64,000 nt of DNA, taken from an uncultured Bacteroidales bacterium (lineage in GTDB: Bacteria; Bacteroidota; Bacteroidia; Bacteroidales; B18-G4). Below are positions 42,501-53,710 of this stretch, one piece after another (within the stretch, counting starts at the first letter, position 1; every line of letters starts with the position of its first letter). Location: the NCBI GenBank assembly GCA_963753055.1, contig CAVWAP010000004.1:1050575-1114574 (forward strand), read 5' to 3'. The position numbers and the translations under genes were made by a program. The notes below the pieces were generated by a model, which saw only the letters and a list, made by a program, of their open reading frames with translations, was not told where the DNA came from and searched no databases.

Positions 42501-42596
42501 GAAAGTAATGCCTTCCGGCAGGCAGGGCTGCGCCAGACAGTGAACACTGAACAGTGAACACTGAACAGTGATTAGTAGGATAATTATTTTTTTCAT
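39435..42596 (-). CDS. Receptor-L-domain / leucine-rich-repeat secreted protein with T9SS CTD
   Basis: Repeated L.GLENLTSIGGDL.I..N units in four Cys-capped modules; LFPNP CTD. Confidence 0.9.
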   Translation of the reverse strand: MKKIIILLITVQCSLFSVHCLAQPCLPEGITFTTQEQIDNFQTNHPNCTEIEGDVSFSGNITNLDRLSMLTAIGGNLEIGPSSLTSLAGLENLTSIGGDLIIEDTPRLTDLSGLENLTSIGGDLMIMENSVLTNIMSLNNLNSNSITNLTIFDNNSLSSCEAQGICNYLASPSGSIDIYNNATGCNSPIEIANTCGITLPCLPYGNYYFNSQAEIDSFPAHYPNCTELEGNVTISGNDITNLNGLSNVTSVADSLSIRNTPDLVNLSGLDQLDSIGGNLEIENSGLTSLESLENLTSIGGDLYINGINSLTSLTGLEGLTTIGGSLIIGQDYYYGGNHALSSLAGLEGLISIGGDLLIINNQSLSSCEAQGICDYLASPSGSIDIYNNATGCNSPIEIANTCGITLPCLPYGNYYFNSQAEIDSFPAYYPNCTDLQGDVLINGNDISNLSGLAAVTSVAGTLSIRDNPLLANLSGLEQLNSIGGVDIYANSSLTSISSLNNVTFIGGNLWIQGNNALTSLEGLENVTSIGGDLGIVWFNNSLINLSGLEQLDSIGGDLIIKGNNSLTSLSGLENLASLGGDLHIGYLDGNASWTCTMGNYSLNDISSLSNLTSIAGSLAVICNPSLKSLTGLHNITFVGGGLWIGSNDSLVNLFPQSNLDTIRGDLWLGIPFYWYYPSPSNPCLPDLSGLDSLDYIGGNFYILGHDSLNNLDALANLSFVGVDLLIIDNPVLDNILSLNNLNASSIRNLGISGNSSLSSCEAQGICDYLASPSASIYIHSNAPGCNTPAEIANECGFQMPCLPQGNYYFTSQADVDNFQFHYPGCTELKGSVYISGDDITNLNGLSVITSIDADLFIGDPYGSLGLTGNPLLTNLTGLEGLTSIGGYLRISKNNVLTSLTGLDNVSAGSITNLRIYENSLLSTCEVRSICDYLASPNGTVSIHDNAPGCNSSEEVLESCDTLSVKEIYLADELALFPNPCADAARLRYLIHDIKYLICDLYRIDGRMIRRVIEGEQMPGEHEIEIDMSGLPAGVYFIRLQTGNVVAVRKLIVR

Positions 42597-42750
42597 AATG
42601 ATTATGTTTATCGCTAAGCGCGGAGAGCAAAGCGCTAAGCGTTAAAATATTACGCTTTGCGCCCTGCGCTTTGCGCTTTGCTATCTAACAATCAATTTCT
42701 GCACTGTAATCTCTTGTCCAGCCTGTAGTCGGATAAAATAGACACCCGCC
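42587..42750. repeat. Direct repeat copy 2, containing an orphan T9SS CTD tail
   Basis: Minus strand 42749-42681 reads AGVYFIRLQAGQEITVQKLIVR* with no parent gene. Confidence 0.93.
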
Positions 42751-42788
42751 AACAGAACTGTATTTTTAAAGCTGAAATATCATATAGT

Positions 42789-44147
42789 TTAATTATTCCT
42801 CAAACACCGAACCGAACGTCCCATATTATTAGGGGCAGCTGTACGACATGACCCCACATCCTGGTTTTGCAAATATCGATACCAAACAAAAATTCCACCA
42901 GAGAAATTAGAAGTCCAGAAGCTAGTGTAATTGTACACACTCCAGAAAGTACCATCGACGAAGCGACTACCTGTGGCCAGAGCAGAAAAGCCGTAATCAT
43001 TAGTCCCATTGGGATCATACCAGGTGTCGGCTGATTTTAATCTTGTCCCCACATCGTAGCCCCTCCACCCGCCTTGGTCCCAAACAGTGTCAGGATAGCT
43101 GTAATAGGTATCAACTGTTCCTTCCAACTGTTTAAATTCTTCATCAGTAGGTATATGCCAGCCTGGTGGGCATATGCCCCGTACGCCAGGATACATGCTA
43201 TAATTCATCGCTTCATTCCACTGGTATAACCCTCCATATTTTTCACATAAGTCAAGATCATTAGAATAACAGTATTTTTCTAATGTGTCGTTGTCAGTCT
43301 GCTCCTGGACTCCAGGAACCATTGTCCCTATTCTCAGGTTTTCTTTAAGCCAGCATTGTGTCCCTATTTGCACAGTATTGTAGTTCTCTCCTTCGTAATG
43401 TACAGTGGGAATATTCACGCAGGGGACTCCCAATGAAATGTCAAACTGATAATGTGCAGTATTACCAAACTCTGGAATGTCTTCAATAACATCACTTCCC
43501 CTAACTCCAAAATTCCCAGCCGGAGCCCATGCATATCCGATATATCTCAGGTTATCACCCTGTTCAAATGGGAAACCACCATCCTGTTGAGACTTTAGGC
43601 CTACGGCATGATGTCCATAACCCTTATATGCAAGTTTACAATACTGCCTTGCGGATTCCAGGTTAACAATCTTAATGCTTCTTGTCAGCCCGTGATATGA
43701 TGCAGAAAAGATATAGAAGTCTGCATTGCCAGGATAAAATGTGAATGTGTGTTTCCCGGCATCTAAAACGCTTTTATATGATGCATGTACCCGGCCGACC
43801 AGGTCATAGATCTGGATTTCGATATTATCCCTCTTCTCAATGCTGACATCAATAAATGTATTGTCAGCAATAGGATTGGGATAGTTCTGTGAGACTGAGA
43901 AACGGTTCGCCGCGGATGGATCAAGGACGTTCATACCACCACTATCTATGTGTAATATCAAGACTGTATCTGGCCAGTAGAGCACAGTATCTCCACCCTG
44001 GGTCAGGTTCATGATCAGGATACTGTCCAAAGACAGATGCTCCTCATCATAATTAGCCGAAAAAGTGATTTGTGTGGTGTCCTGCGCAAAGGTATTCAGG
44101 GTGAATCCTATGATCAGGATAGCTGTAAGGTAAAGTGTTTTTTTCAT
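42789..44147 (-). CDS. FISUMP domain protein, paralog 2
   Basis: Full-length paralog of 38001-39350 with the same motifs. Confidence 0.9.
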   Translation of the reverse strand: MKKTLYLTAILIIGFTLNTFAQDTTQITFSANYDEEHLSLDSILIMNLTQGGDTVLYWPDTVLILHIDSGGMNVLDPSAANRFSVSQNYPNPIADNTFIDVSIEKRDNIEIQIYDLVGRVHASYKSVLDAGKHTFTFYPGNADFYIFSASYHGLTRSIKIVNLESARQYCKLAYKGYGHHAVGLKSQQDGGFPFEQGDNLRYIGYAWAPAGNFGVRGSDVIEDIPEFGNTAHYQFDISLGVPCVNIPTVHYEGENYNTVQIGTQCWLKENLRIGTMVPGVQEQTDNDTLEKYCYSNDLDLCEKYGGLYQWNEAMNYSMYPGVRGICPPGWHIPTDEEFKQLEGTVDTYYSYPDTVWDQGGWRGYDVGTRLKSADTWYDPNGTNDYGFSALATGSRFVDGTFWSVYNYTSFWTSNFSGGIFVWYRYLQNQDVGSCRTAAPNNMGRSVRCLRNN

Positions 44148-44322
44148 GGCTGAATTTGTTAGAAATTAGCTGTGCATTAAATTAATAAGAGAAAAAGGTA
44201 ATGGCTATCAGAATTGTATCAAATCATGCCAGAATTGTAACATGGAATTTGATATTCAATTAAATATTCCGTATTTTTATACAGAGTCAGCACCATCATA
44301 ATAAATATCAACAATAAGCGTA

Positions 44323-47300
44323 GTGAGGTTTTGTAAAGCATTACCAGGCTTCTTAAATATTTATGTGAGAAAGACCACCATTCTTTTACCCATATTTTTC
44401 ATGGGATACTTTCACAGCTTTGCCCAAAAATCAATATCAGGAACAGTTACTGATGCTGAAAAAAATGAACCTTTATACGGTGTCTCTGTTTCCGTAAAAC
44501 ACACAACCATCGGAACCAGCACGGAAACAGATGGAAACTATATGCTTAGCGTTCCTGATAATGCTGAAGTACTGGTATTTTCATTTGTTGGGATGGTCAC
44601 CAGCGAAATAGACATTGGTGAAAAGACTAGGATAAATGTGACGCTCAGTCGCGACACTCTTTTGATTGATGAAGTGGTGGTAACTGCCATTGGAATCACA
44701 AGGGAGAAAAAAGCACTGGGCTATGCGGTACAGGATTTGTCAAGCCACGAAATGACTGTCGTTCCCAACAACAACCTGATCAATTCCCTTGCGGGTAAAG
44801 TGGCTGGTGTTCAGGTTACAAGCTCATCCGGCAGTCCGGGTGCCTCAGCTTATATAACCATCCGGGGAGCGGCTTCAATTGTCGGAGATAATCAACCATT
44901 ATTCATCGTTGACGGAGTTCCTGTAAGTAATGAAGTATCATACTGGCAGGGTCCTTCAGGTGTTGACCTGACAAGCCGTATCACGGATATTAATCCAGCT
45001 GACATTCAATCGGTTTCTGTATTGAAGGGTGGGGCGGCAACAGCTTTGTACGGGATAAGGGCAGCCAACGGTGCGGTTATTATTACTACGAAAGGCGGTA
45101 GCAAAACGGAAGGCAGCAAGTTGAATATTTCCTTACAATCCTCTGTTTCAATCGATCGTGCATCACAACTTCCTCCACTCCAGACAAAATACGGACAGGG
45201 ACTTAACGGGAATTGGTATTCGGGCAATTTTGCATCCTGGGGCCCGCGACTGGATACCTGCTCATATTCGAAAAATCCTGATGATTGGATCTATCCGGAG
45301 TATGATGTTGACGGTGCTATTGTCGGTAAGAATAGTGAATTTGCTACGGGTGACCCGGTCAACATATACGATCATTATAGCTTTTTGCAAACGGGTGTTT
45401 CAACAAGCAATACGCTCAGTCTTTCGGGAGGAAGTGATAAGGCAACATTTTATACTTCTGCCTCTTATACCAGCAATACAGGAGTAGTTCCCAACAGCAG
45501 CTGGAAAAGGTTTTCGCTAAAAGTATCCGGTGATGCAAATCTTTCAGATAAATTTAAAATATTGGGAAGCCTTACATATATGAATACGGGAGGAGACCGT
45601 ATGCAAAAGGGGCTCAACTGGTCTGGTATTATGGAGGGAATGCTGAAAACACCTCCTACATTTGATAATGGCGCCGGATATGAGTTAACAGATACGATCC
45701 AACGTAATTACATGCATGGTAGTGGTTATGATAATCCGTATTGGTCGGTGAACAAGAATCTGTTTCAGGATGATGTAAACCGTGTATTAGGGTATGTTGG
45801 ATTTAACTGGATTCTAACCAAATGGATGAAGGTTGATTATAAGCTGGGTGGTGACTTTTTTAATACATATCATAAAAACTATTGCGCAATAGGATCAAAT
45901 ATCATTCTCTGACGGATGTGTATATGTGCTAAACTCAAACCAAAGGGATATAAATTCGGACCTGATCCTTCAGTTCGATCATCGCTTTAATAAGCACTGG
46001 GCAACCAGGCTGAGAATAGGCCATAATATTTATGAAACCTACGTTAAAAGTGTTGATAGTAAGGCATTGGGAATAGAATTGCCAGGCTTTTACAACCTTA
46101 GTAATTCCAATGATGTCAGTTCAAGAGAATACAGTTCTCAGATCAGACGGGCAGGTATATATGGCGATTTAGAACTCTCATATGACCAAATGCTCTATCT
46201 TACACTGACTGGAAGAAATGACTGGTCGACAACTCTTCCTGAAGCCAACAATTCATTTTTTTATCCTTCAGCAAGTATTGGTTGGATATTTACCGAGCTA
46301 AACTTCCTGAAAGGAAACAAAATAATTCCTTTCGGAAAACTTCGCTTCTCTGTTGCCCGGATTGCAAATGACCCTTTCCCGCATCAAACAGTCACAGGTT
46401 ATGATCGTGCTGAAGTATGGAATTACCCTACTTATTCCTCCAACCTGTCTTTTCCATTGCTGGGTAAAGCAGGTTTTACCCTGTCCAATTCCCTGGGCAA
46501 TCAGGAACTGGAGCCTGAACTGACCACTTCCTGGGAAATTGGTATTGATTTAAAGTCTTTGAATAACAGGATATCTGTTGATTTCACCTATTTCAACAAT
46601 TACAGTGATGGCTTGCTTTTGCCGGTTCAAATGTCAGGAGCTTCAGGGTACTATGAAATAAACCTGAATGCCGCCGGAATGTCAACAAAAGGGATAGAAG
46701 CAATCTTATACGGAAATCCTATTCAAAACAACAATTGGCATTGGGATCTTATTTTCAATTTTACAAGATACAAAAACAGGGTGGAGAAAATTCCGGATAA
46801 TATGGAAGGTTTTCGCCTGGCATGGGGAGATCCGTGGGTTATGGCAAAGGAAGGTTATCCCTATCAAAGCTTTTTTGGATATGACTGGTACCGGGATGAA
46901 AACGGGAATGTGCTTATTGACGATGATGAAGAGAGTATGAGCTATGGCTTCCCGCTTGGTTACGATACGGAAGAACTGGTTTATCTGGGCAAGGTCAATC
47001 CGGATTGGATACTGGCATGGAGCAATAACCTTAGATGGAAAGATCTAAGCTTTACTTTTTTATTGGAATATAAAAAGGGTGGCAACATGTATAATGGCAC
47101 CAGAGGATCGCTGTACTATTTTGGTGCTCATAAAGACCAGGAAAACAGAGAACCCGGAGATGAGGTTGTTTTCGAAGGGGTAAAGGCTTCGGACGGATCA
47201 CCGAATGATATCAGTGTGATTAAAGGACAGAACTGGTACTTCCAGGGATCGGGAAGCACAATTACAGGGATGGGGTCACCATACATAGAAGATGCCGGTT

Positions 47301-47536
47301 GGATCAGGTTGCGTGAAGTAGCATTGACCTATAGCCTTGGTAGAAAGGTACTGAAAGATGGTTTTATAAAGGGTCTGGATATTTATATTGCCTGTAAGAA
47401 TTTATGGTTACAAACTAAGTATTCCGGAATAGATCCGGAAACAAGCCTGTATGGGGCTACCAATGAACAAGGAATCGATTATTATAACATGCCGGGCATT
47501 AAAAGTTATACCCTTGGTCTGAGGGCCTCATTTTAA
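44323..47536 (+). CDS. susC: SusC/RagA transporter with one frameshift near 45905
   Basis: VVVTAIGI.RE, LKGGAATALYG.RAANG in 44323-45912; barrel continues in 45926-47536, ending GLRASF. Confidence 0.9.
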
Positions 47537-47538
47537 AT

Positions 47539-48930
47539 ATGATTAAAAATAGCAAATATCTGTTGATTATTCTGTTAGCTGTCCAGGTATTTTTTAGTTG
47601 TAAAAAATGGATTGATCCTGATATCAATATCGATCCAAACCAGCCATCAGAAGTTACCATGGGCACCCTGTTGCCGGCTATTGAAGCACAATTGGCTTCC
47701 GTCATTGCCGGGGGCAATGATGTTATTGGTTACCCGGCCATATGGATGCAGCAACTGGATGGAGTAGCACGGGAATCGTTGACCTATAGTAATTACATAC
47801 TGCTACCGACCTCTGTGGGATGGTTTTTTGATGGAGCCTATTCAGACCCAATGATGGATGCTTCAGTTTTAATTGATCTTGCTGATGAAAATAACTCACC
47901 CCATAACATAGGTGTGGCAAAAATTTGCCAGGCCATCTGCCTGGGACAATTGACAGATGTTTTTAATGACATACCTTGGTCTGAAGCCCTACAGGGAATT
48001 TTAAACCCAACCCCTGCCTACGATTCACAGGAATTTATTTATGAAGAAATTCAACGTTTACTTGATGAAGCTATAACTAATCTGTCAGAAACAAATGAGC
48101 CCATAGGTATTGATGGGGATTATTTTTATAAAGGGGATCCTTCCCTGTGGATTAAAGCAGCACATGCGCTGAAAGCCAGGTATTATCTCCACCTGAGCAA
48201 ACGAAAAGGGAACCAGGCCTATCAAAATGCCTTATCCGAATTAGACCTTGCTTTTACTTCCAATATGGATGACATGCAGTTTAACTATGGCTCCGAGGCT
48301 TCAGAATCAAATCCACTGTACAGGTTTGTGAACGACTGGGATGATATAAGGATGGGTGACTATTTCATTAATATGTTAAAAGATTATGATGATCCGCGAC
48401 TTTCAGTATATGCATATCCAGATGATAATGGAGAATATACAGGATCTGCACCGGGCTCAGGAAATACAGCGGCTTCAAGGCCGGGATCTGCAGTCGCCAA
48501 TGCAGAATCTCCAACATTCCTGATTACCTATGTTGAACAATTGTTTATGAAAGCTGAAATCATTTATCAGATCAGCAATGATGAAAACCAGGTTAAAGAT
48601 GTTTTAATCCAGGCAGTTACGGAATCCTTGGATAAATTTTCTGTTTACAACGAAAGCTGGCTAATAGCATATACTTCCTCAATCGAAGACCTGCAGGGCA
48701 ATGATTTATTTGAAGAGTTGATGACGCAAAAATATATTGCAACATTTTACCAGCCTGAAGTTTACCACAGCTGGAGAAGAACAGGTTATCCCGTTATTCC
48801 ACCCAATCCTCTGGGAGCAGAAGCTGAGATTCCAAGAAGGTTTCCCTATTCCGGTTATGAGTTGGTCTTTAATAAGGAGAACGTGCCTCAAGGTGTTACT
48901 ATAACCGATAGAGTATGGTGGGATGAGTAG
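47539..48930 (+). CDS. susD: SusD-like lipoprotein
   Basis: FSC lipobox, IN.DPN, LTDVFNDIPWSEA, WRRTGYP, VWWD. Confidence 0.93.
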   Translation: MIKNSKYLLIILLAVQVFFSCKKWIDPDINIDPNQPSEVTMGTLLPAIEAQLASVIAGGNDVIGYPAIWMQQLDGVARESLTYSNYILLPTSVGWFFDGAYSDPMMDASVLIDLADENNSPHNIGVAKICQAICLGQLTDVFNDIPWSEALQGILNPTPAYDSQEFIYEEIQRLLDEAITNLSETNEPIGIDGDYFYKGDPSLWIKAAHALKARYYLHLSKRKGNQAYQNALSELDLAFTSNMDDMQFNYGSEASESNPLYRFVNDWDDIRMGDYFINMLKDYDDPRLSVYAYPDDNGEYTGSAPGSGNTAASRPGSAVANAESPTFLITYVEQLFMKAEIIYQISNDENQVKDVLIQAVTESLDKFSVYNESWLIAYTSSIEDLQGNDLFEELMTQKYIATFYQPEVYHSWRRTGYPVIPPNPLGAEAEIPRRFPYSGYELVFNKENVPQGVTITDRVWWDE

Positions 48931-48936
48931 TTCCGG

Positions 48937-51900
48937 CTATTTAAACTCAGAGGGGCGCAAACCGAATTGTTTACGGAAACATTCTGTGAAATATGAAGGG
49001 CTGTTAAATCCAACATCATAGGCAATTTCAGCAACCGTCCCACTTTGTTTCCTGATCAATTGGGCTGCTGCATTCAACCTGTAGGTACGGATAAATTCTC
49101 CCGGGCTATGCCGGGTAAGAGCACTGATCTTTCGATGCAATTGCATCCTGCTCAGGCCAAGCGCCTTGCTGAATACATTTGAGTTAAATTGTGAATCAGC
49201 ATAATGCTTCTCCAGTATTTTGAACACATTCTGCAAAAACTGTTCATCCATGGAGGTAATTCCACTGTCCTCAAAATCCAGTTTTATGTCGGCATCGCTT
49301 TTTTGTATTTTTCTCTGCAGAATTGCACTTATTCGCTTTCGTTGATCAATGAGATTTTTCACCCTCACCTGTAATTCCTCTCCATCAAAGGGTTTGGTAA
49401 TAAAATCATCAGCTCCTGTTTCAAGCCCCTCAATCCGGCTTTCTTTAGATGTACGGGCAGTAAGCAGAATAACAGGAATGTGGCTGGTGCGTTCTTCTGT
49501 TTTTATTTTTCTGCAAAATTCATTTCCATCCATATTGGGCATCATCACATCACTGATGATAATGTCGGGGATATTTTCAATGGACTTTTCGTAGCCATCT
49601 GCACCGTCAATAGCTTCGATGATATGAAACTCTTTTTCAAAATACCTCCGGATATATGAACGCATATCGGCATTGTCTTCTGCAATAAGTAGAATTGGTT
49701 TGTCTGTATCAAATTCAGTAGTGGTTTCAGTTGACAGTCTGACGGTTGATCAGTTGACAATTCATGTTCCATGTTCCAATTATTTTCTCTTTTCGCTTCT
49801 CTCCCCGCCTTCGGCGGGATGTCCCTCGGCTTTGCCTCGCTCCACTTCTCTCTTTTCTCTTCTGGGGACAGATGCGCATCTCCCAACGGAAGTACAATTT
49901 CAAATCTGCTCCCTGCTCCTCCGTCATCCTGACGAAGGTCAGGACCACTGCTCACCGATATGGTCCCATGATGAAGTTCTACCAGTTCTTTGGTCAATGC
50001 CAGTCCAATTCCTGTTCCTTCGTAATAGCTGCTGTTTTCATGTTCCACCTGGTAAAATCGATCGAAAATATGTTCTGATATGTTCGGATGAAATGCCATG
50101 TCCGGTGTCGGAGATGGAAATTGATTACATTTTCGATTGTCGATTGTCGATTGTCGATTTTCGACTTTAATTGCTGACTGCGACTAACTTGTATGCTAAT
50201 TCTGCCACCTTCATCCGTAAACTTAATTGCATTCGAAAGCAAATTATTCAACACCTGCTCAAATTTTTCCCTGTCGATAAAGGCTTTAAGCTCCTTCTTT
50301 CAGGTTTGAATTGTAAGTCAATATTTTTTTGATTTGCAAACGATTCGAAAGCCTGGAGATAAGTCCTGATAAGTTTAACGATATCAATCTCAGAAGCACG
50401 CAACTGCAGTTTACCGGATTCAAGTTTTGAAATTGCAAGTAGATTGTTGATCATGTCATGTAGTTTCCCGGCATATTTTCTTGCAATAGCAAGTTCCTTT
50501 ACATCATTATTATCTTCAGCTTTTGAGAGTAGCTTTTCCAGTGGCCCCATGATCAATGTGAGCGGGGTACGGAATTCGTGGGATATGTTGGCGAAAAACC
50601 GTGATTTTAAATGGTCGAGTTCTTTGAGTTTTTCTGATTTAACACGTTCAAGTTCAAGGGCATATTGTGCCCTTGCCTTTCTGCTGCGGAAGAAAAGGAT
50701 TGCCCCAAGGATAAGGATCGATGCAAAGGCGCCTAGACCATAAATGTAGATTTTTGACTTCTTTAAGGTCAGGTTTTGAACTTCATTCTCCTTTTCCAGA
50801 ATGGAGATCTGGCTTTTGCTGATTTCCATTTCATAGTCTGCCTGTATCATAGCCACTTTCTTCCAGGCCTGTTCGTTATTGACACTGTCTCTCCAGGCTG
50901 TAGCCAGCTTAAAATGCTGAAGTTCAGCGTTCTTATCCTTTAATACTAATATCAAGATGGTAGTATAAGCGATATATTTTTTCCATGTATTCTTTCAGTA
51001 AAACGCCAAATTCCAGCTTTTCATTTAAGGACTCATATATCTGATCATCATATTTTGACAGGAAAGTCCTGCACATCTCAAGCGATAAATCGAGGTACTC
51101 CCTTGCTTCATTATATCTGCCTGTGGAAATCTTCAATTCTGCCATCCCGTAAAACCATCTCAACTGATTATGTGCATCTCCGTATGTCCCGTTTTAACAT
51201 ATTCAAAACTTTCCTGAAGGTATTTTTCTGCTTCCGCATTATATTCTGGTCCTGACTGCCAGATAGGTTTCCGCAAGAAGTAGACTATTGGTTGTTAGTC
51301 GCCGAAATCCTTCTAATTCCCAGATGTTTCTGGCTTCCATATATAAAATAAATGCTGGAATCAAGCAGATAGCCATGGTAAGACTTGCCCAATCCTTCAT
51401 AATGCCAATACAATGGACCAGGTTTGCCCTGACTCATCAGCCATAACAAGGTGCTTTTTCAAAAGTTTTCCTGGCAAGGATGGTATCACCTGCATCCAGG
51501 TATGATTCTCCGAGGTAATTCAATGACATTGATTATAGCAACAGTGTCCTGCAATTGTATGAAGACATGTAAAGCTTGCTGATGATATTTGCATGCCATT
51601 TCATGAGATCCGGCATAGGTATGTATGCTGGCAATCTGCGACAATAAATTACCCACTTCAAGCTGCATGCCAAGTGAATCAAATATTCGAAGAGCGGTAA
51701 GCTGGTTTACCAGGGCGTCAGTATAATTATTCAATACATACTGGCTGTTTCCCATGCTGTAATGAGCCATAGCCCTGCCTGCCGGATAATCTTCCAATTT
51801 AGCCAGCTCAAGGGCTTTCTCCGAATAATGGAAGCTTTTCACATCATCATTCAGTGAATAGGCAAGTGCCAGCCTGGTGTATGCATCAATTAATGACGTA

Positions 51901-52998
51901 CCTGAGAGTTCAGGCAGGATTTGAGACAGGCTGTCGACATTGATGAATTCCAATCTGTTAAAAATCTGGACACGGATAATTCTATGACGGGGTTACAATA
52001 TTTTCTCTTTCCCAACTTTCAGATTCAGTACGAGAGGTCGTTGCATATCCGGATCCAAACTCACCACCATACCATATCCGGTAGACTGAATCCTGTTTTA
52101 TCACCCTCGGATAGAACACGTTAGCATCCCATTCCCCTTGCTTACCTGCTTTCAGAACCGGATTTTCAGGCGACTTGGTCCACCGGACTCCATCCTCAGA
52201 TGTTGCCAGACCAATTTCAAATTTTATCTGGTTAAAGCCGAAGTACCACATTTCTTTCAGGGATTTGTTGGTGGTAACACTATATCCTACCACCCAATGG
52301 TCATCCCAGGTTCCTGGCTCACCACGTTTTAAGACAGGATTGGCAGGGTGTTTGGTCCAATGGATCCCATCTGTTGAGGTTGCATATCCCATACTCAATA
52401 TTTTTGGGATCCGGTTTGGGAAACCTGCGTACCACATGTGGTAAATTTTTCCATCGAAAATGACGTTGGGATTTGTAACTCCAGAATCATCCCATGAGCC
52501 TCCTTTGCCTGGTTTCAGGACAGGTTCCGGATGCGCATTCCAGGTCTTGCCATTTTCTGACCATGCAAATCCAATCCCGTAGGAGCAGGACGGATCCTTT
52601 GATTCGGCTGTAAACCACATAAGATACATAGAATCTTTCCTGATAACATTAAATGTCCAGAATTCAACAACCCAATCAAGATTGTCATCATTGAAATCCA
52701 GGGGATTACCAGGGTATTTTTCCCAATGGATACCATCAGAGGATGTAGCGAACCCAAACTTCCACCTTTGATCATCAGAAGACATCCCCTCATACCACAT
52801 GTGGTATTCATTGTTTTCAAACAAGATATTGTAGTCTAATGTAAACTCATCCCATTCACCATGTGTACCTCTCAAGAAACCTGTATTACCGGGATATTTG
52901 TACCAATTGGTCTGGGCAGCAGTAAAATGGCAAACACCCGCCAGTAGGATTAAGACTGCGAGTACAAAATAAGACCGGATAAGCATCTTAACTGTCAT
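48937..52998 (-). CDS. Hybrid two-component sensor/regulator (beta-propeller, TPR, TM, HisKA, HATPase, REC, AraC), frameshifted
   Basis: Fragments in order: W.K.P.NPVL propeller, TPR helices, [45 protein letters not shown]. Confidence 0.8.
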
Positions 52999-53059
52999 CT
53001 TGGGACATGCAATTAATTGAGAATAGTAAATATAGGGAATTTCAGTGACTTGGTCAATT

Positions 53060-53278
53060 GTTTCAGTGAACACTGAACGCTTGCGCTTTAGCTGCAGCGT
53101 TGGCGCATCACTGAACACTGAACAGACAAAAAATTAATAGTTATAAGTTATAGGTTATAGGTTATAGGTTGTAAGTTGTAAGTTGAAATCTAATATCAGA
53201 TACAGCGTCCGCCGAACAGGCGGATCATGAATCACGAATCAGATATCATCCTGCATCCTGTATCCTGCATCCTGCATC
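53060..53278. repeat. Composite heptamer block
   Basis: (tgaacac)n, (Rgttata)n, tcatgaa/tcagata units with a nested tccgcc..ggcgga hairpin, (atcctgY)n. Confidence 0.9.
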
Positions 53279-53327
53279 AATAACTTCTCTATATTTGTAC
53301 TTTCCAACCACAAATCCACTATTGATC

Positions 53328-53654
53328 ATGAATACAAAGATATTCTTCGCAGTCTCAGCCTTATTTCTGATCCTTGGCCAGTCGCTGCAGGCCCAGGACC
53401 TGATCATTAAAAGGAACCAGGACACGATTTATTGCGATATCTAGGAAATGGGGACCGAGAGTGTTAAATACCTGCTGCCCGATTACCCGGATGATGTGCT
53501 CTTTGCCGTAGAAAATGACAAAGTGTTGAAAGTGGTATTTGAAGACGGAAAGGAAAAGTTTTTTTTTACCGAAATGCAAAACCCGGTGCCAGCATTGAAG
53601 GCACCTTTGGGATTATCGGGCTCCGGGTCGGGTACCTGTTTAAATAGTGATTAG
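53328..53654 (+). pseudogene. Remnant of an exported Bacteroidota hypothetical protein
   Basis: Signal peptide plus QDLIIKRNQDTIYCDI, in-frame TAG at 53442, continues to 53654 and ends in the repeat array; TATATTTG at 53290. Confidence 0.65.
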
Positions 53655-53710
53655 TGGTTAGTGATTAGTGGTTAGTGGTTGGTGATTGTCAACTGTCAAC
53701 TGTCAACTGA
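53645..53710. repeat. Composite array (tagtgRt)n-(gtcaact)n, copy 1
   Basis: Same unit order and junction (ttagtggttggtgattgtcaactgtcaactgtcaa) as 57192-57301. Confidence 0.93.

Noticed and set aside
39341-42750. Classical integron attC sites
   Set aside because: I see no RYYYAAC...GTTRRRY ends, and the integrase is an arm-binding type rather than IntI.
38001-44147. Diversity-generating retroelement targeting the FISUMP C-termini
   Set aside because: No reverse transcriptase or template repeat in the window, and the paralog differences are not adenine-specific.
26671-52000. Mass pseudogenisation or programmed frameshifting (mvhD, hdrA1, GT-C, the 34.6-36.5 kb gene, susC2, HTCS)
   Set aside because: The breaks are clustered single-base indels, some compensating, in otherwise well-conserved sequence. 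Low-coverage long-read error is the simpler explanation; read polishing would decide.
14625-53187. 38-kb invertible segment between complementary arrays at 14625 and 53137
   Set aside because: Low-complexity arrays of one family in opposite orientation are expected given their abundance; there is no other support.
53442-53444. Amber (pyrrolysine or recoded) readthrough
   Set aside because: TAG is used as a normal stop elsewhere in the window and the gene is also 3'-truncated, so a pseudogene or base error is more likely.
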